This document shows positions 29,961 to 41,487 of a stretch of 64,000 bases of DNA, one piece after another. The notes beneath the pieces are model-generated. The model ran no database searches. It was not told the DNA's origin and worked only from the letters and a program-made list of their open reading frames with translations. The position numbers and the translations under genes were made by a program. How positions within the stretch are numbered: the first letter of the stretch is position 1; the number at the start of each line of letters is the position of its first letter. The stretch comes from Eledone cirrhosa (Eukaryota): contig CAXHJY010001663.1 of the NCBI GenBank assembly GCA_964016885.1, positions 1 through 64,000 of the forward strand. Direction: 5' to 3'.

Positions 29961-30150
29961 TCGATTGACAGTATCGGTAGAGGGTCGGATGCCATGCTTT
30001 GCAGCATAGAGTTACGGCCCTTTACGGTCTGAGTTCAAATCCCACCGAGGTTAACTTTGCCTTTCATCCTTATAGGGTCGATAAAATAAAGTACCAGTAA
30101 TGCACTGGGGTAATTGTTAGCCTTGTGCCAAAAGTAGAAATAATTATTAT
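29961..30150 (+). mobile_element. tRNA-derived SINE (family 1)
   Basis: Box B-like GAGTTCAAATCC; central CTTTGCCTTTCATCC..GGGTCGATAAAATAAAGTACCAG; many copies in the window. Confidence 0.85.
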
Positions 30151-30419
30151 CATCATCATCGTTATTTTAGTGTATGCTTTCCTTGCTAGCAAGGACTGGT
30201 TGTGTCTACATAGACTAAATCAGTACCTAAATAGGGTTACTGATCCCTCAAATAGGCCAAAGATCTGCTACTTGCTTATGTATGGTTTCACATTCTATTG
30301 CGAGCACAGGAGAGGTTGTCATGTCTTTGACACAACTGAGAGTCCTCCCAACCATTTGTTTGGCAACCCTTAAATGTTATAATATATATTTTCTGAATTG
30401 CCCAAGAAGTTATTTTTAA

Positions 30420-30590
30420 TTTTCAAAATGGGACCTTCTTTGAAGTGGAACTCTCTGATTTCCAAGCTGTGCACTCTATCAAGTAACACTACTCCAAAGA
30501 CCCTTTGGATCAACCCAATTTCAGCCCCTTGTATTCGCGATTGTATTCTTTTGGTCATTACCCAAGATTCAAGACCATATGTAAGGATTG
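30420..30590 (-). mobile_element. Old RTE fragment from a different family
   Basis: ILTYGLESWVMTKRIQSRIQGAEI...GVVLLDRV. Confidence 0.65.
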
Positions 30591-30783
30591 TATTGATGAC
30601 ATGACAAAAAGCACCTGTCTGTCCTGTAAAGTGGTCATGTTGGTGACACAAAAAAAAAAAGCCCAGTCAACAGTTAGTCGTTTTGGTGCCATATTAAAAA
30701 AAAATCACCCAGTACACACTGTAACGTGGTTGTATCTCCAACCATAGAAACCAAGCCAAAATTCAGATCCATATGAGCATGAC

Positions 30784-30832
<49 letters not shown>

Positions 30833-31181
30833 GGCCAGAGCCAGAAATGTACATTAACAGTTGTCTTCTGCTAGAATCCACTATATGGCACTAACCATCA
30901 ACCTTTCAATATTTATAGCTAGAAGGCTTTCCAAATGTTTATTTATTAAACATACCATATATAATTATATATATGAAATTCATATACTTGTTTGTATACA
31001 GCTATGTTGGAGCTAAAATTTTAATATATATATATATATATATATAATGTGTGTGTGTGAGTCCCGGGTTCAATCAGGTGTAACCACAGTAAGTAAGGTA
31101 CTCAATACATTAGTAGAGTGGAAACAACAAATTTGATATAGAAATGGCTTACACACACACACAGGCATATGTATATACACA

Positions 31182-31517
31182 TAGTGTACCCCCAGCCTTT
31201 GTTGTCCCAGTTATTCGCGGAATTTCCCTTAGAACCTAACTAATAATTGTTCATGGAAACCACCGCATATTAGTGGAATCGTAAATATCTTCTGCAAATT
31301 TTTTATGGCTTTTTTCGTGGCAATATATATTTTTTCATGCCTTCTAACACTAAATTATTAATAATAATATACCGTATTTGGTGGCCTATATTTTACGTTA
31401 CGTTTTGACATTTATAGGCATTTTTATGGACCACGTCCAATATTCGCGTGTTTTTCACTCTCCGCGCATGCTCTAGGGACGTAACCCCCCCCCCCCCGGA
31501 TGCCAGTGGGGGGGGGT
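31182..31517. mobile_element. Degenerate Tigger/pogo-like MITE
   Basis: TA-flanked AGTGTACCCC...TTATTCGCGGA start and CGTAACCCCC...GGGGGG-TA end; decayed TIRs. Confidence 0.4.
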
Positions 31518-31576
31518 ATATATACATATATATATACACACACACACAGGCATATATATACACACACAAGCATACA

Positions 31577-31631
<55 letters not shown>

Positions 31632-31694
31632 CTGTTTATATATGAATAAATCTGGTAATATTGAGAGTATACAGGTCATAGTTTAGAAGAGTTT

Positions 31695-31711
31695 AAATTT
31701 TGCTGAATCAT
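31695..31711 (-). promoter_or_regulatory. Candidate ARE / CNC-sMaf binding element
   Basis: ATGATTCAGCAAAATTT matches RTGA.TCAGCA with an AT-rich flank, in apparently non-repeat DNA upstream of Keap1 exons. Motif match only. Confidence 0.3.
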
Positions 31712-32862
31712 CCTGCCTTCACTGTTCTCTTTTTATATTTCTCTTTTCTTCTTTCATTTAGCTTCCTCTCCCACTCCCATTCTTCTCTATGACAGAAAAT
31801 TTATTTTCCTTCATATCTTATTCATTTTTCTGTCTTCACCATATTGGTATGTGTTCTGTTTTTTTTTTTTGTTAGTACTGTCTGCTGAGCCATATTAACC
31901 CATGTCTGGTACACTTGTCTTCCAGCTATTTCATGCCTCTTCTGGCATGTTAAGTAGGTAACAATGCCTCAGAAAAAAAAGAAAGAAAAATGAAAAGACA
32001 ATCCCCTTGTTCCTGCAAGTACCATAGCCCTTTTGGCAGCCTTTAGTCCATGCAGAGCCCCCAGTCTTCAGCTGAGTCAGCTTTATGAATAATATGGCTC
32101 TGACTGTCAGTAGGCACAGCTGAGCATGCAAATGGAGGGAGAGAGAGAGAGAGAGGGGATAGGTAATTAAGGATAATTAATTATATAAAAGGAAACTGAA
32201 TGACCCCTCAAGACATCGCTTAAAACTGAGCTCTTAGCTGGCTAAATAGTCCTATCTTTAATCAACAATCTTGGTTGTCTGTTGCCGGAATGGTGGGGCA
32301 TGTATATATGATGGTGGTGGTAGTAATGGAGGCTTCCACAGTTAAATAAGATCACATCTATGCATGTTTAACTGACCTCCTATGAGGTTTCATTTTCAGG
32401 ATGTTTCTTGGTGTTTTTATTATAGCCCCCCTCCTCCATGTCTTATTATAATTAGTGAAATGATGTGTCTTGCTCAAAAGCATAACACACCACCCAGTCA
32501 AGGAATCGTAGCCAAATGCGTATGAACATGAGTCCAACACTCTGACCACTAGACCATACACCTTTACTACCATGGTTATATTGTTCCCAGGCTTCTTCTG
32601 GTTGTCCTCCCTGTCGCAATCATGCATATTCCATCTCCACACAGCTACCACCATGTGGTATGGCCAGCAGCAACATCCTCAGGTCTCACTTCGTAATTAT
32701 GAGCCCTAATATATAAATATGGTGTTGGGAAGGGCATCCAGGTGTAGAAATCGAGCCAGAATCAGTTCCTGTATGAGCAAAACAAGGTCAGCCGACTGGA
32801 CACTGCTCACAACCAATGGTAGCGTGGAAAAACGGACATAAAACGATGATGATGATATATGT

Positions 32863-33049
32863 TTATCCCGGGTTCAATCGGGGGTAACCACAGTAAGTAA
32901 GGTACTCAATACATAAGCCATTTCTATATAAATATTTAATATAGAAATGGCTTTTACAGGATTAGAACTGTTTCATTCAGAGGAAATCATCGGGCTTTGC
33001 TGATGATTTTCTCCAAATGAAACAGTTCTAGTCCTGTAGAATAGAAGCC

Positions 33050-33058
<9 letters not shown>
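32863..33058. mobile_element. Small fold-back element with two opposed hammerhead cores (Penelope-like pLTR derivative)
   Basis: Plus strand: GGCTTTG-CTGATGA..GAAA-CAG(TTCTAGTC)CTG-TA. Minus strand: CCGATGA-TTTCCTCTGAAT-GAAA-CAG..CTG-TA-AAAGCC. A related fragment lies at ~31061-31151. Confidence 0.7.
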
Positions 33059-33080
<22 letters not shown>

Positions 33081-36000
33081 TCTTGGTCCAAGTCTCAGAC
33101 CCATACAGCAGCACAGACTCCACTACAGCAATGAAGAGGCGGATTTTCAGGTCTCTATGAAGGTCCGACTTCCACACCGATCTCAAGCTGTGGCACGCCG
33201 CCCAGGCCTTGCTCTTCCTCTCAACCACATCATCTTCCGTATTCCCAATCGTTGCTCCCAAATACAGGAAGTCTTCAACCAATTCTAGCGGCTTCCCGCC
33301 TACATTAGTGATCCCCTCTGGCTTCTCAACATTCTCTACCAGATATTTTGTTTTAGTCTCATTCATTCTCAGCCCCACACTCATCGACACAGTCTCTACC
33401 TCCCGCATCAAATCCTCTGCCTCCTTCACTGTATTTGTCACCAAAACTATGTCGTCGGCAAATTCAGCATCCGATACCTTTTTCGCCCTAACTCTCCTGC
33501 TCTGAGCCGGTGCTACAGTAAAGCCAGTGTCCTAGTGTTTCTCCAGTGCAAGGCGCATACAATAGTCCACTACGATGATAAAAAGGTAGGGAGACAATGT
33601 ATCTCCCTGGAGCACTCCAGCCAGTATCTCAAAGAACTCTGTCATCCTATCAAGTGTAATGACTTGGGTGTTGGTGTAGAGCAGTGATATCAGGTCCACT
33701 ATCTTCTTGGGGATTCCATAAGCCTGTAAGATCTTCATCAGGCAGTAACGGTCCACAGATTCAAAGGCCTTCCTAAAGTCAATGAAAACCATGACCGCAG
33801 GAAGGCACTTTGCTCTAGCTCCCTCTAATATCCTCCTCAGCATCAGGATGTGACTGGTGGTTGATCTACCCTCTCTGAAGCCGTTCTGGTTGTCCCTGAA
33901 CTTCTTCTCCATCTCAGGCTGGATCCTGTTAAGAATCATCCTGTTGAGGGTCTTTGCCACAAGTGATATCAGTGAGATCCCCCGGTAGTTGTTGGTGTTA
34001 GAGAGATCTCCCTTCTTTGGCACTGGGACGATGTTACTGATCCTCCACTGATTCGGGGCAACTCCTTTCTCCAGTGCCCCGTTACAGAACTCCAGGATGA
34101 TATCATCAAAATCACACCTCTTCATCACCTCTGATGCCACTCCATCTTCTCCATGAGCCTTGCCCTCCTTGATCCTCTTCTTGGCTCTCTGAAGCTCCTC
34201 TCTGGTGAAGGGCTCTGTCTCAACATCCAATTCCTCAAACAACCGCCTGATCTCCCCAGTGCTCTGGGCTGTGGAGGGTGGCTCTCCTAGTAGGGTCCTA
34301 AAATGGTCTAGCCATTTCCTCTTCCTATCCTCGGGCCCCGTTCCCTGGATCTGACTCGAACACTTTCTCTTCCTCCCTGTGATCTCGTTGATGATCATGC
34401 AGCTCTCCTTACATCCAGATCTGTCAACCGCTCTCTCCACACTTCTGATCTTCTCTATCAGTGCCTCCTCTCTGACCTCAGTGTAAGCGGTACAGAGCTC
34501 TTCCCTCATCACCTCCACAGTCTCCATCCTCTCCTCCGTAGGAGCAGCATAGAATTGGTCCCTGGCAGCTTTCAGGTGTTCTCTGGCTGCACACACTTTT
34601 GGTTTTGCAGAGCTGACGTGCTTCCCTTTGTTCTTTTTCCTCGGCACCAGGGTTTCACTTGCTTCCGCCACTGCATTGGTGAAGTGCCCGTACCTCCTCG
34701 TCACACTCTCCTCAGTCCATCCAATCTCTCTCTCCTCTGACTCTCCACACAGAGCACTAAGCCTGTTTCTCACTTCCACTGTGAACCTCTCCTGTAACTT
34801 ATCATCTTCCTTGAAAGCTCCCCAGTCATAGATTGTTCTCCAGGGCCGAGCCTTGCTCTTTCTTAAGCTCACCCGGACCTCACTCATAACAAGCCGGTGG
34901 TCACTACCCAGTGTACTGAAATAGCTGTATGGTTCCGTGTTCAGAACACTATTCCGCTATTTTTCCTCACCAGAATGAAATCAATCTGGGACTTGGACAG
35001 GTGCATATCTGAGATGTAGGTCCACATCTTCCCCAGATTCTTCCTAAACCTTAGGTTGGTCGCCAGCAGGGTGTCTCTCAGTAGTCTTCCATTTCGGTTG
35101 GTGTTGTTATGGAAGTACCAGCAAGGATCTTCACTGCCCTCCTTACTCAGATGTGCATTGAAGTCCCCCAAAACAAGCAGGATATTGTGTGCCTGAGTGG
35201 TGTTGACAGCTCTACAAACCTCCTCATGGAACTCTTCCGCACTCACATCACTGTCCCCCTCGGTTGGACTATAGGCTGAGATGACTGTCAGTCTTGGGTT
35301 TCCATTGAAGGTCACCCTCAACACTCGCGGGGAGATAGGCATTATTTCCCTCACCAACAGATTGGTTTTTGCACTGAACACAAAACCCACTCCTCCTACT
35401 GCAGCATTTGTTGTGTTCTTCACTGCCGATGTGATGAGCTGGCTCTTCTTCCCGATCATCACACTCCTCACGGGCTCATCGTGTAGGATCCTGTGTTCTT
35501 GGATCGCAAGTATCTGTATACCACTCTCCTTGAACAGATGTCCCAACTCCTCTCTGTTCTCCAGCATCCGAATAGTCCTCACATTCAAAGTGCCCATTTT
35601 GATGGCTCTTCTGCAGGACAAAACTGCATTCTTTATATTTGTCTCAGAGACAGCTGATCCATCATTCACTGGCTCTCTCTGTGGCTCTAAGCCAGCAGAG
35701 TTATAACGACCAGGCTGCTCCTTGACAGTGTAATTAGGGGCTCTAACCCTAGTGCTGTTAGATCGACTCTCCATATTTCTTTTCAATGGCTGACAATACC
35801 TTACCGGGGCCACTCGAATAAGGTAGTTATTTAACCCATAAATGGAGCCCTAACAGGTACTACCACCCCGGGCCAGGGCAGACCTGGGAGTCATGACAAC
35901 TAAGGGGTAACTCCACATTCCCCACATCTCCTGAACTCCCGAACTGGAGCCTTGCCACTGGATGTAGTTTAATGTCATACCAAGAAACTCACTCAGATGG

Positions 36001-36356
36001 TGGATGGGTGCTACACGAGAATGCTGAGGATGGCTCAGAACATTAATCAATATACACTGAGGATGAAAAACTCAGAGCTGTATGGGAGCATCCCAAAAGT
36101 CAGCTCAAAAGTGACACAGAGGAGACTGAGGTTAGCTGGACATACTCACCGACATCCAGAGTTGACATTGCACTCAGTGCTCCTTTCGGAGCCCCTACAT
36201 GGACACACTAGAAGAGGAAGACCAAGGTTAACGTATGTTGATGCCCTAAGGACAGACACTGGTCTGTTGGAGACGCAGGACATGTCAGTGATAATGAGGG
36301 ACAGAGACCGCTGGAGAGAACTCGTCCATGGATCTCGGGAATTTTACCCGCCTTAG
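33081..36356. mobile_element. Near-full-length RTE LINE (family without PHD) with 5' inversion
   Basis: Minus strand 33081-~35994 carries the 5' UTR, APE (GTLNVRT, IQEHR, GDFNAH) and RT (GVLQGDTLSP, FADD, FLYLG) up to LLYGSETW. Plus strand ~35995-36356 continues DGCYTRMLR...RRLRLAGH..GRP. (TA)n on both sides. Confidence 0.9.
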
Positions 36357-36376
36357 ATATATATATATATATATAT

Positions 36377-36520
36377 GGAGGCACATGGCTTAGTGGTTAG
36401 AGCATTGGCCTTGCAATCGAAAGGTTGTGAGTTCAATTCTCAGACTGGGTGATGTGTTGTTTCCTTGAGCAAGACACTTTATTTCACATTGCTCCAGTTT
36501 ACTCAACTGTAGAAATGAGA
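36377..36520 (+). mobile_element. tRNA-derived CORE-type SINE (family 2)
   Basis: Box A TGGCTTAGTGG, box B GAGTTCAATTC, CORE-like CCTTGAGCAAGACACTT. Other copies at ~32455-32560 (-) and 37703-38105 (+). Confidence 0.75.
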
Positions 36521-36797
36521 TGATAGGACTGGGGTCCCTATCATTCCACTGCAAAGTGGCCATGGAGGTGCCACGGCAATAAAGAACCCATCCCTCACTG
36601 TAAATGAGGTTGGTGTTAGGAAGGGCATCCGGCTGTAGAAATCAAGCCAGAATCAGTTCCCGTCCCACCCTTGCAAGCAGGGAAAAGCGGACGTAAAATG
36701 ATATGAAATGTTTCCGTAGGAAAGGTAAAGGAAAAGAGAGTGCTCTATGTAGACTACAGATGTTTTTAGTTATGTTATAAACAACATAAGATAATTA

Positions 36798-36870
36798 TTT
36801 CATTTACCAAAGGTTTCACGAAGACAGACGAGCCTGACACAGACGTCTGACTTTGGTCGTCAGAATGAAA
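36798..36870 (-). ncRNA. Type I hammerhead ribozyme, complete core
   Basis: TTTCATT-CTGACGA-stem II (AAG.CAGACG/CGTCTG.CTT)-GAAA-CC(TTT)GG-TA-AATGAAA: 7-bp stem I, GUA cleavage triplet. Confidence 0.8.
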
Positions 36871-37718
36871 ATTTATTTAAAATAAATTTTCATTCTGACG
36901 ACCGATCCTGCTGGTGTCACATGGTTGCCATAGTGATATATGGTGTCTTGGGCATTTAAGCTTGGCAGAGCCCATCTTCTCTCCAGGTTTGAACACAGCC
37001 GATTTCTTCTAAAATGTGTGTGAGAGAGAGAGAGGTAGTGAGAAATAGATCTGGACGAATTGACCGTAGTACTGAACTAGTACTGTACTGACCTTTGAAG
37101 GATGGAAGGCAAAATTGATCTTGGCGAGATTTGAGCTTAGACTGCAGAGACCTAGAATAAATACCAGAATACATTTACTCAACGTTCTCTCCCAATTCGA
37201 TGTCCTGTCCAATAGATAGCAACTAGATAGATTAAATAATATGGCATAGCAAAAGAAAAAAAGAGTGACAAAAGAAATATACCTATAAGGTCTAATGGGT
37301 AGAAGACACTTGTCAGAAAAGAAGAAAAGGAAAATGAAACTATTATAGATAATCTGATATTATAAATAGCTGATAGCAATGGCTTTAATAGTTATAGTAG
37401 TGATCTATTCTGACTGACAAAGACATCACACAAATAAATTACATTTTCTTGTAAGATTAAAATAGTTTGTGATATAGCATGTGTGAAAGTTAATGTAATC
37501 TTTTGATTATTTTCATATTTTACTTGCCTGTTGTCTTGAATGATTTTTATAATGCTTGGGAGGGAGGAACATGTCTAAAATAAGAATTTATGCCTTCCTT
37601 AGAGCTATGTTTTATCAACTGTATCTGTTATGTGGTCGCTTGGCCTGCTAGAAATACCTAGACTCACTTTCCTCACTCACTTTTACTGTGTTTCATTTCA
37701 TAGGCATGTGGTCTAGAG

Positions 37719-37999
37719 CAGTGTTACTCAAAGTGGTGGTCCGCGGACCGGTGCCGGTACGCAAGCCATCAGCTACCGGTACGCGGCCAGTGTCCAGGCC
37801 ATGTAAAGGAATCGTTTGAGGAATTTTTTTTATTACTTTTTTTATGTTTTGATATTGTATTATTTGTTTACAAAATAAATAGAAGATAAAAAAATGGTCA
37901 ACTATTATTATATTCATTATATATATTGTTTCCGGTATCAATTAATATTACTACGAAATATTAGCGGTACGTGGCACATTGATAGTTTGAGAAGCACTG
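37719..37999. mobile_element. hAT-Charlie-type MITE nested in a SINE head
   Basis: TIRs CAGTGTTACTCAAA / TTTGAGAAGCACTG; perfect 8-bp TSD GTCTAGAG. Confidence 0.9.
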
Positions 38000-38895
38000 G
38001 TCTAGAGGGTAAGGTGTTGAACTCATTATCATAAAGTCATGAGTTTGATTCCTGGACTGGGCAGTACATTGTAGTTTTGAGCAAGACACTTCATTTCACA
38101 TTGTTTTTCATGATGAAAGTAGAGCGTCTATCATTAAAATACCCGAGAGACCTCTGAGATGAGATGCACCTTCATAGGAGACCAGCTAAGCCTGCATAAG
38201 TGTGAACTGTAACAATCACATGATGGAACTGGGGCTCCTAGTATTAACATGTCTGAGAAACCTCATTTGAGATGCAATCTCATAGGATGTTTCTCAGGTA
38301 TTTTGATAAAACTTGCATAGGTGGGAGTGGTAAATTAAAAAAAAAGAAGAAAAAAAATCATCACTGAGGTTATTTTGAACAATAATCTTGTTATTCTATT
38401 TGTATCAGTATAAACAAAATAGTCCTATGTTTTTAGTGTAGAAGCCTTATTTGACAAACAAATGTAACTCTACCAGGATCAACAGTTCGCTGGGTCTGTT
38501 GAATGGAGCTGTGAAGGTGTGTGTTTCTGCAATGGGTGTGACTGTGTGCTGTGGTGTTGTGCGCTGGAGAGGTGTGTTATGGGGGTGTGTTCTGTGGTGG
38601 TGGTGTGTGTGCTGAAGGGGTGTGTCTTTTGTGTTGCAGTGTGTGCTTTTTTAATGAAATGAAGAGTATAATAGAAAGCTTCTATTCTGACCAAGATGAG
38701 TATTAGAAAAGGTGTATAGGTATGTGTGGGAAGAGGGGTGGTGATATTTTTAGAGAGAGAGAAGGTATAGTTATAGCTTTGATTTATATTCTGTAGTTTA
38801 TGATATTGAATTAATATAGTATCAACATCCTCAATTGATACTGTGTGTGTTCATATCACTTTATTGACATTGTATTCACTTCTTGGGCAAGACAT

Positions 38896-38926
<31 letters not shown>

Positions 38927-39086
38927 GTTTAACGTCTACTTTCCACGCTAGCATGGGTTCGAAGGGTTTGTCCCATTTGAGACAAGTTGGGTCGGGTGAC
39001 CGTGTTTATCTAGTTTTCTACGGCTGGATGCCCTTCCTAACACCAAACACATTTACAGTGTGTGCTGGGTGCTTTTAGCTGTGTCT

Positions 39087-39290
39087 AATAATAATGATAA
39101 TAATAATGTTTCTACTTTTGGCACAAGGCCAGCAATTACCCCAGTGCGTTACTGGTGCTTTATTTTATCGACCCCATAAGGATGAAAGGCAAAGTTAATC
39201 TCGGCGGATTTGACCTTAGACCGTAAAGGGCCATGACCCTATGCTGCAAAGCAAGGTGTCTGATGCTCTACCGATACTGCCAAACCACCA
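39087..39290 (-). mobile_element. tRNA-derived SINE (family 1)
   Basis: Full-length reverse match to the 29961-30150 copy, with a TTA-repeat tail. Confidence 0.85.
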
Positions 39291-39541
39291 ATAATAATAA
39301 TAATAATAATAATAATGGTTTCTGATTTAGGCACAAGGCCAGCAAATTTTTTGTGGGGCGAGGAATCTGATGTGGCTTCATAAACAAACATTATTTAAAC
39401 AATGCTGATATAAAGATATATGGAAACACACCTAATCATTATCATACATCTGGTTCTTTGTGCTGGTGTAATTAAAGGAAAAATAAGCTAAGGAACATAA
39501 CTCAAGTGGATCAGTGGTATGAATTTTGATATATATGTTAA

Positions 39542-40235
39542 CCCTTTAGCATATACATTGCTCTATATATACTATTATATATACTATTGTATTTTCATAG
39601 TAAAGGCTTTACCTCACATAATTATCTCGCATAATATCGAATCTATGAGATCGTGATATTATTTTTTATAGAACAATACCTTAACACTGGTATGAGTAGC
39701 CGGTTACAGCTGGTTTGAACAGAAAGAGGTGAGAGAATTCTGGCTGGATATGGCCGTTTTGAATGCTAAAGGGTTAAATCCTTTTGATACCAACTTGTCT
39801 CAAACCACCCCCTATGATAATTGTTTTCAACTATTCATATTTAAATATAAAATCTTTTTAAAGAATATCTTTATGTTATGTATTTAACTCCAGCTTTAAT
39901 GTTTAGTTAGTTTACTAAATCCTTTCAAATTGTTTATTATGTACAAAATTAATTGAAAAACATATGTAGTGCATTTCATTAGAAACATGATAATGAAAGG
40001 GTTAAGGAATGATATACTGAATACACAACACAACAAACATTTTAACCCTTTCATTACCAATCTGGCCAAAACTGGCTCTGGTTTTATGAAACGACTATCA
40101 TTTTTGTATAACTGTACATAAGAAACATGTTAACTTACTATCATCGTAATGAAATAATTAATAATTTTGGTAAATCTTCATGAATTAATTGAAATAGAAT
40201 GTATTTCATTGAAAATACAGTCCTGAAAGGGTTAA
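39542..40235. mobile_element. Cluster of three TTAA-flanked piggyBac-type MITEs
   Basis: 39542-39773, ~39778-40001 and ~40046-40231, each ending in AAAGGG-TTAA. Confidence 0.7.
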
Positions 40236-41487
40236 AGACATTATGAGCATTATAATAAGCTTCTTACTCATGCTCTTTCTTGGCATCAAACCTTTTAGTC
40301 GCTTCTTACAATGTTCTGTGATATGAGGCGTTGAAAAATATACACACACAATTTCCAATTTGTCTCAACATGTTTGTAATTGTTCCCCTTGCCTATAAAA
40401 ATCAGGCTATTCCCTCAGCATGTGTAGTTATTTGGAAGTTAATTCAGCCTGTGTTAAGAGTGGGGGAGGAGTGAAGTGTAAGGCTAGCATCCTTACCTCC
40501 ATTAATCAAAATTGCTACAGAAACGAGTACATACTTGGCCTGGGAGCTGGTAATAAAAAAAAAAAACTTTTTCATTATTTAGCTGCTGTGTAGAGCAGCA
40601 TATAGTTATGGCTGGCGCTTTACATTCTGAGTTCCAATCCTTATGGGGTCAATAAAATAAAGCACAAGTAACATACTAAGGTTGATTTGACTTTCCCCTC
40701 CTCCATTATTAAGCTGGTGTTTGGAGCATAACATAAGACAAACAGTTTTCTATTGTTGAACCAGGGAGCAGTTTCAGGTGACTTGATATTAAAATGGTTA
40801 AGCTGGTAAATTATTTTTTGAAATTATCTCCCCTTTTCTTTGAGAGTTGCAAATAATTACCACTAGGTTTTTGCTGTCTTTGGTTAAACTATATTCAATT
40901 AACACAATTTATTAAATGTGATTTCTTTTCTACAAAGGAAATCAGAGGTACTCCATGCTCTGTTTAGCATTATGTCCACACTTGTATTGTTTCTGTCTCC
41001 TTCATCTGCAATTCCCACCATTGCCCTTATAAAATCCTCACCTTCCCACATTCTTTCTCTTCACCTACTTTTCCCTTTTTTTCTCCCCCTCATCCTCTTT
41101 CCTCTTCCCAATGTGGTACATCCTCTCTTGATATGTGAGATTTCCCAACTACCTCTGACTCTTTTTGTTTATCTGTATGGCTGTCTCTCTGCCTGTCTCT
41201 GTGTCTCTCTCTTTCTCTCTCTCTTCCACTCCAGTGTACATTTTTTAATGAAAACTTCACAAACTAATTTGTCTAGCAGTACAAAAAAATTCAAATAAAA
41301 GAAATATATAATTTCAATTATTTGTCACATTGTTGCAAGTTTTTTTTTTCAGTAGATTTCTATCAAAGATTATAGAACCTTGCTTGTTTGTGCAAGTTTT
41401 TATTATACAGTACACTCTATAAATTGGCTGAAAGGTCATCCAGCCATAGAAACCATGCTAAAAAGTCTAAAGAGGACTGACTATTCA

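Noticed and set aside
35840-35994. Possible HDV-like ribozyme in the RTE 5' UTR
   Set aside because: RTE 5' UTRs can carry them, but this UTR is cut at the inversion junction and I could not build the double pseudoknot.
36377-36450. tRNA gene
   Set aside because: Box A and B are present but run into a SINE body, with no acceptor stem.
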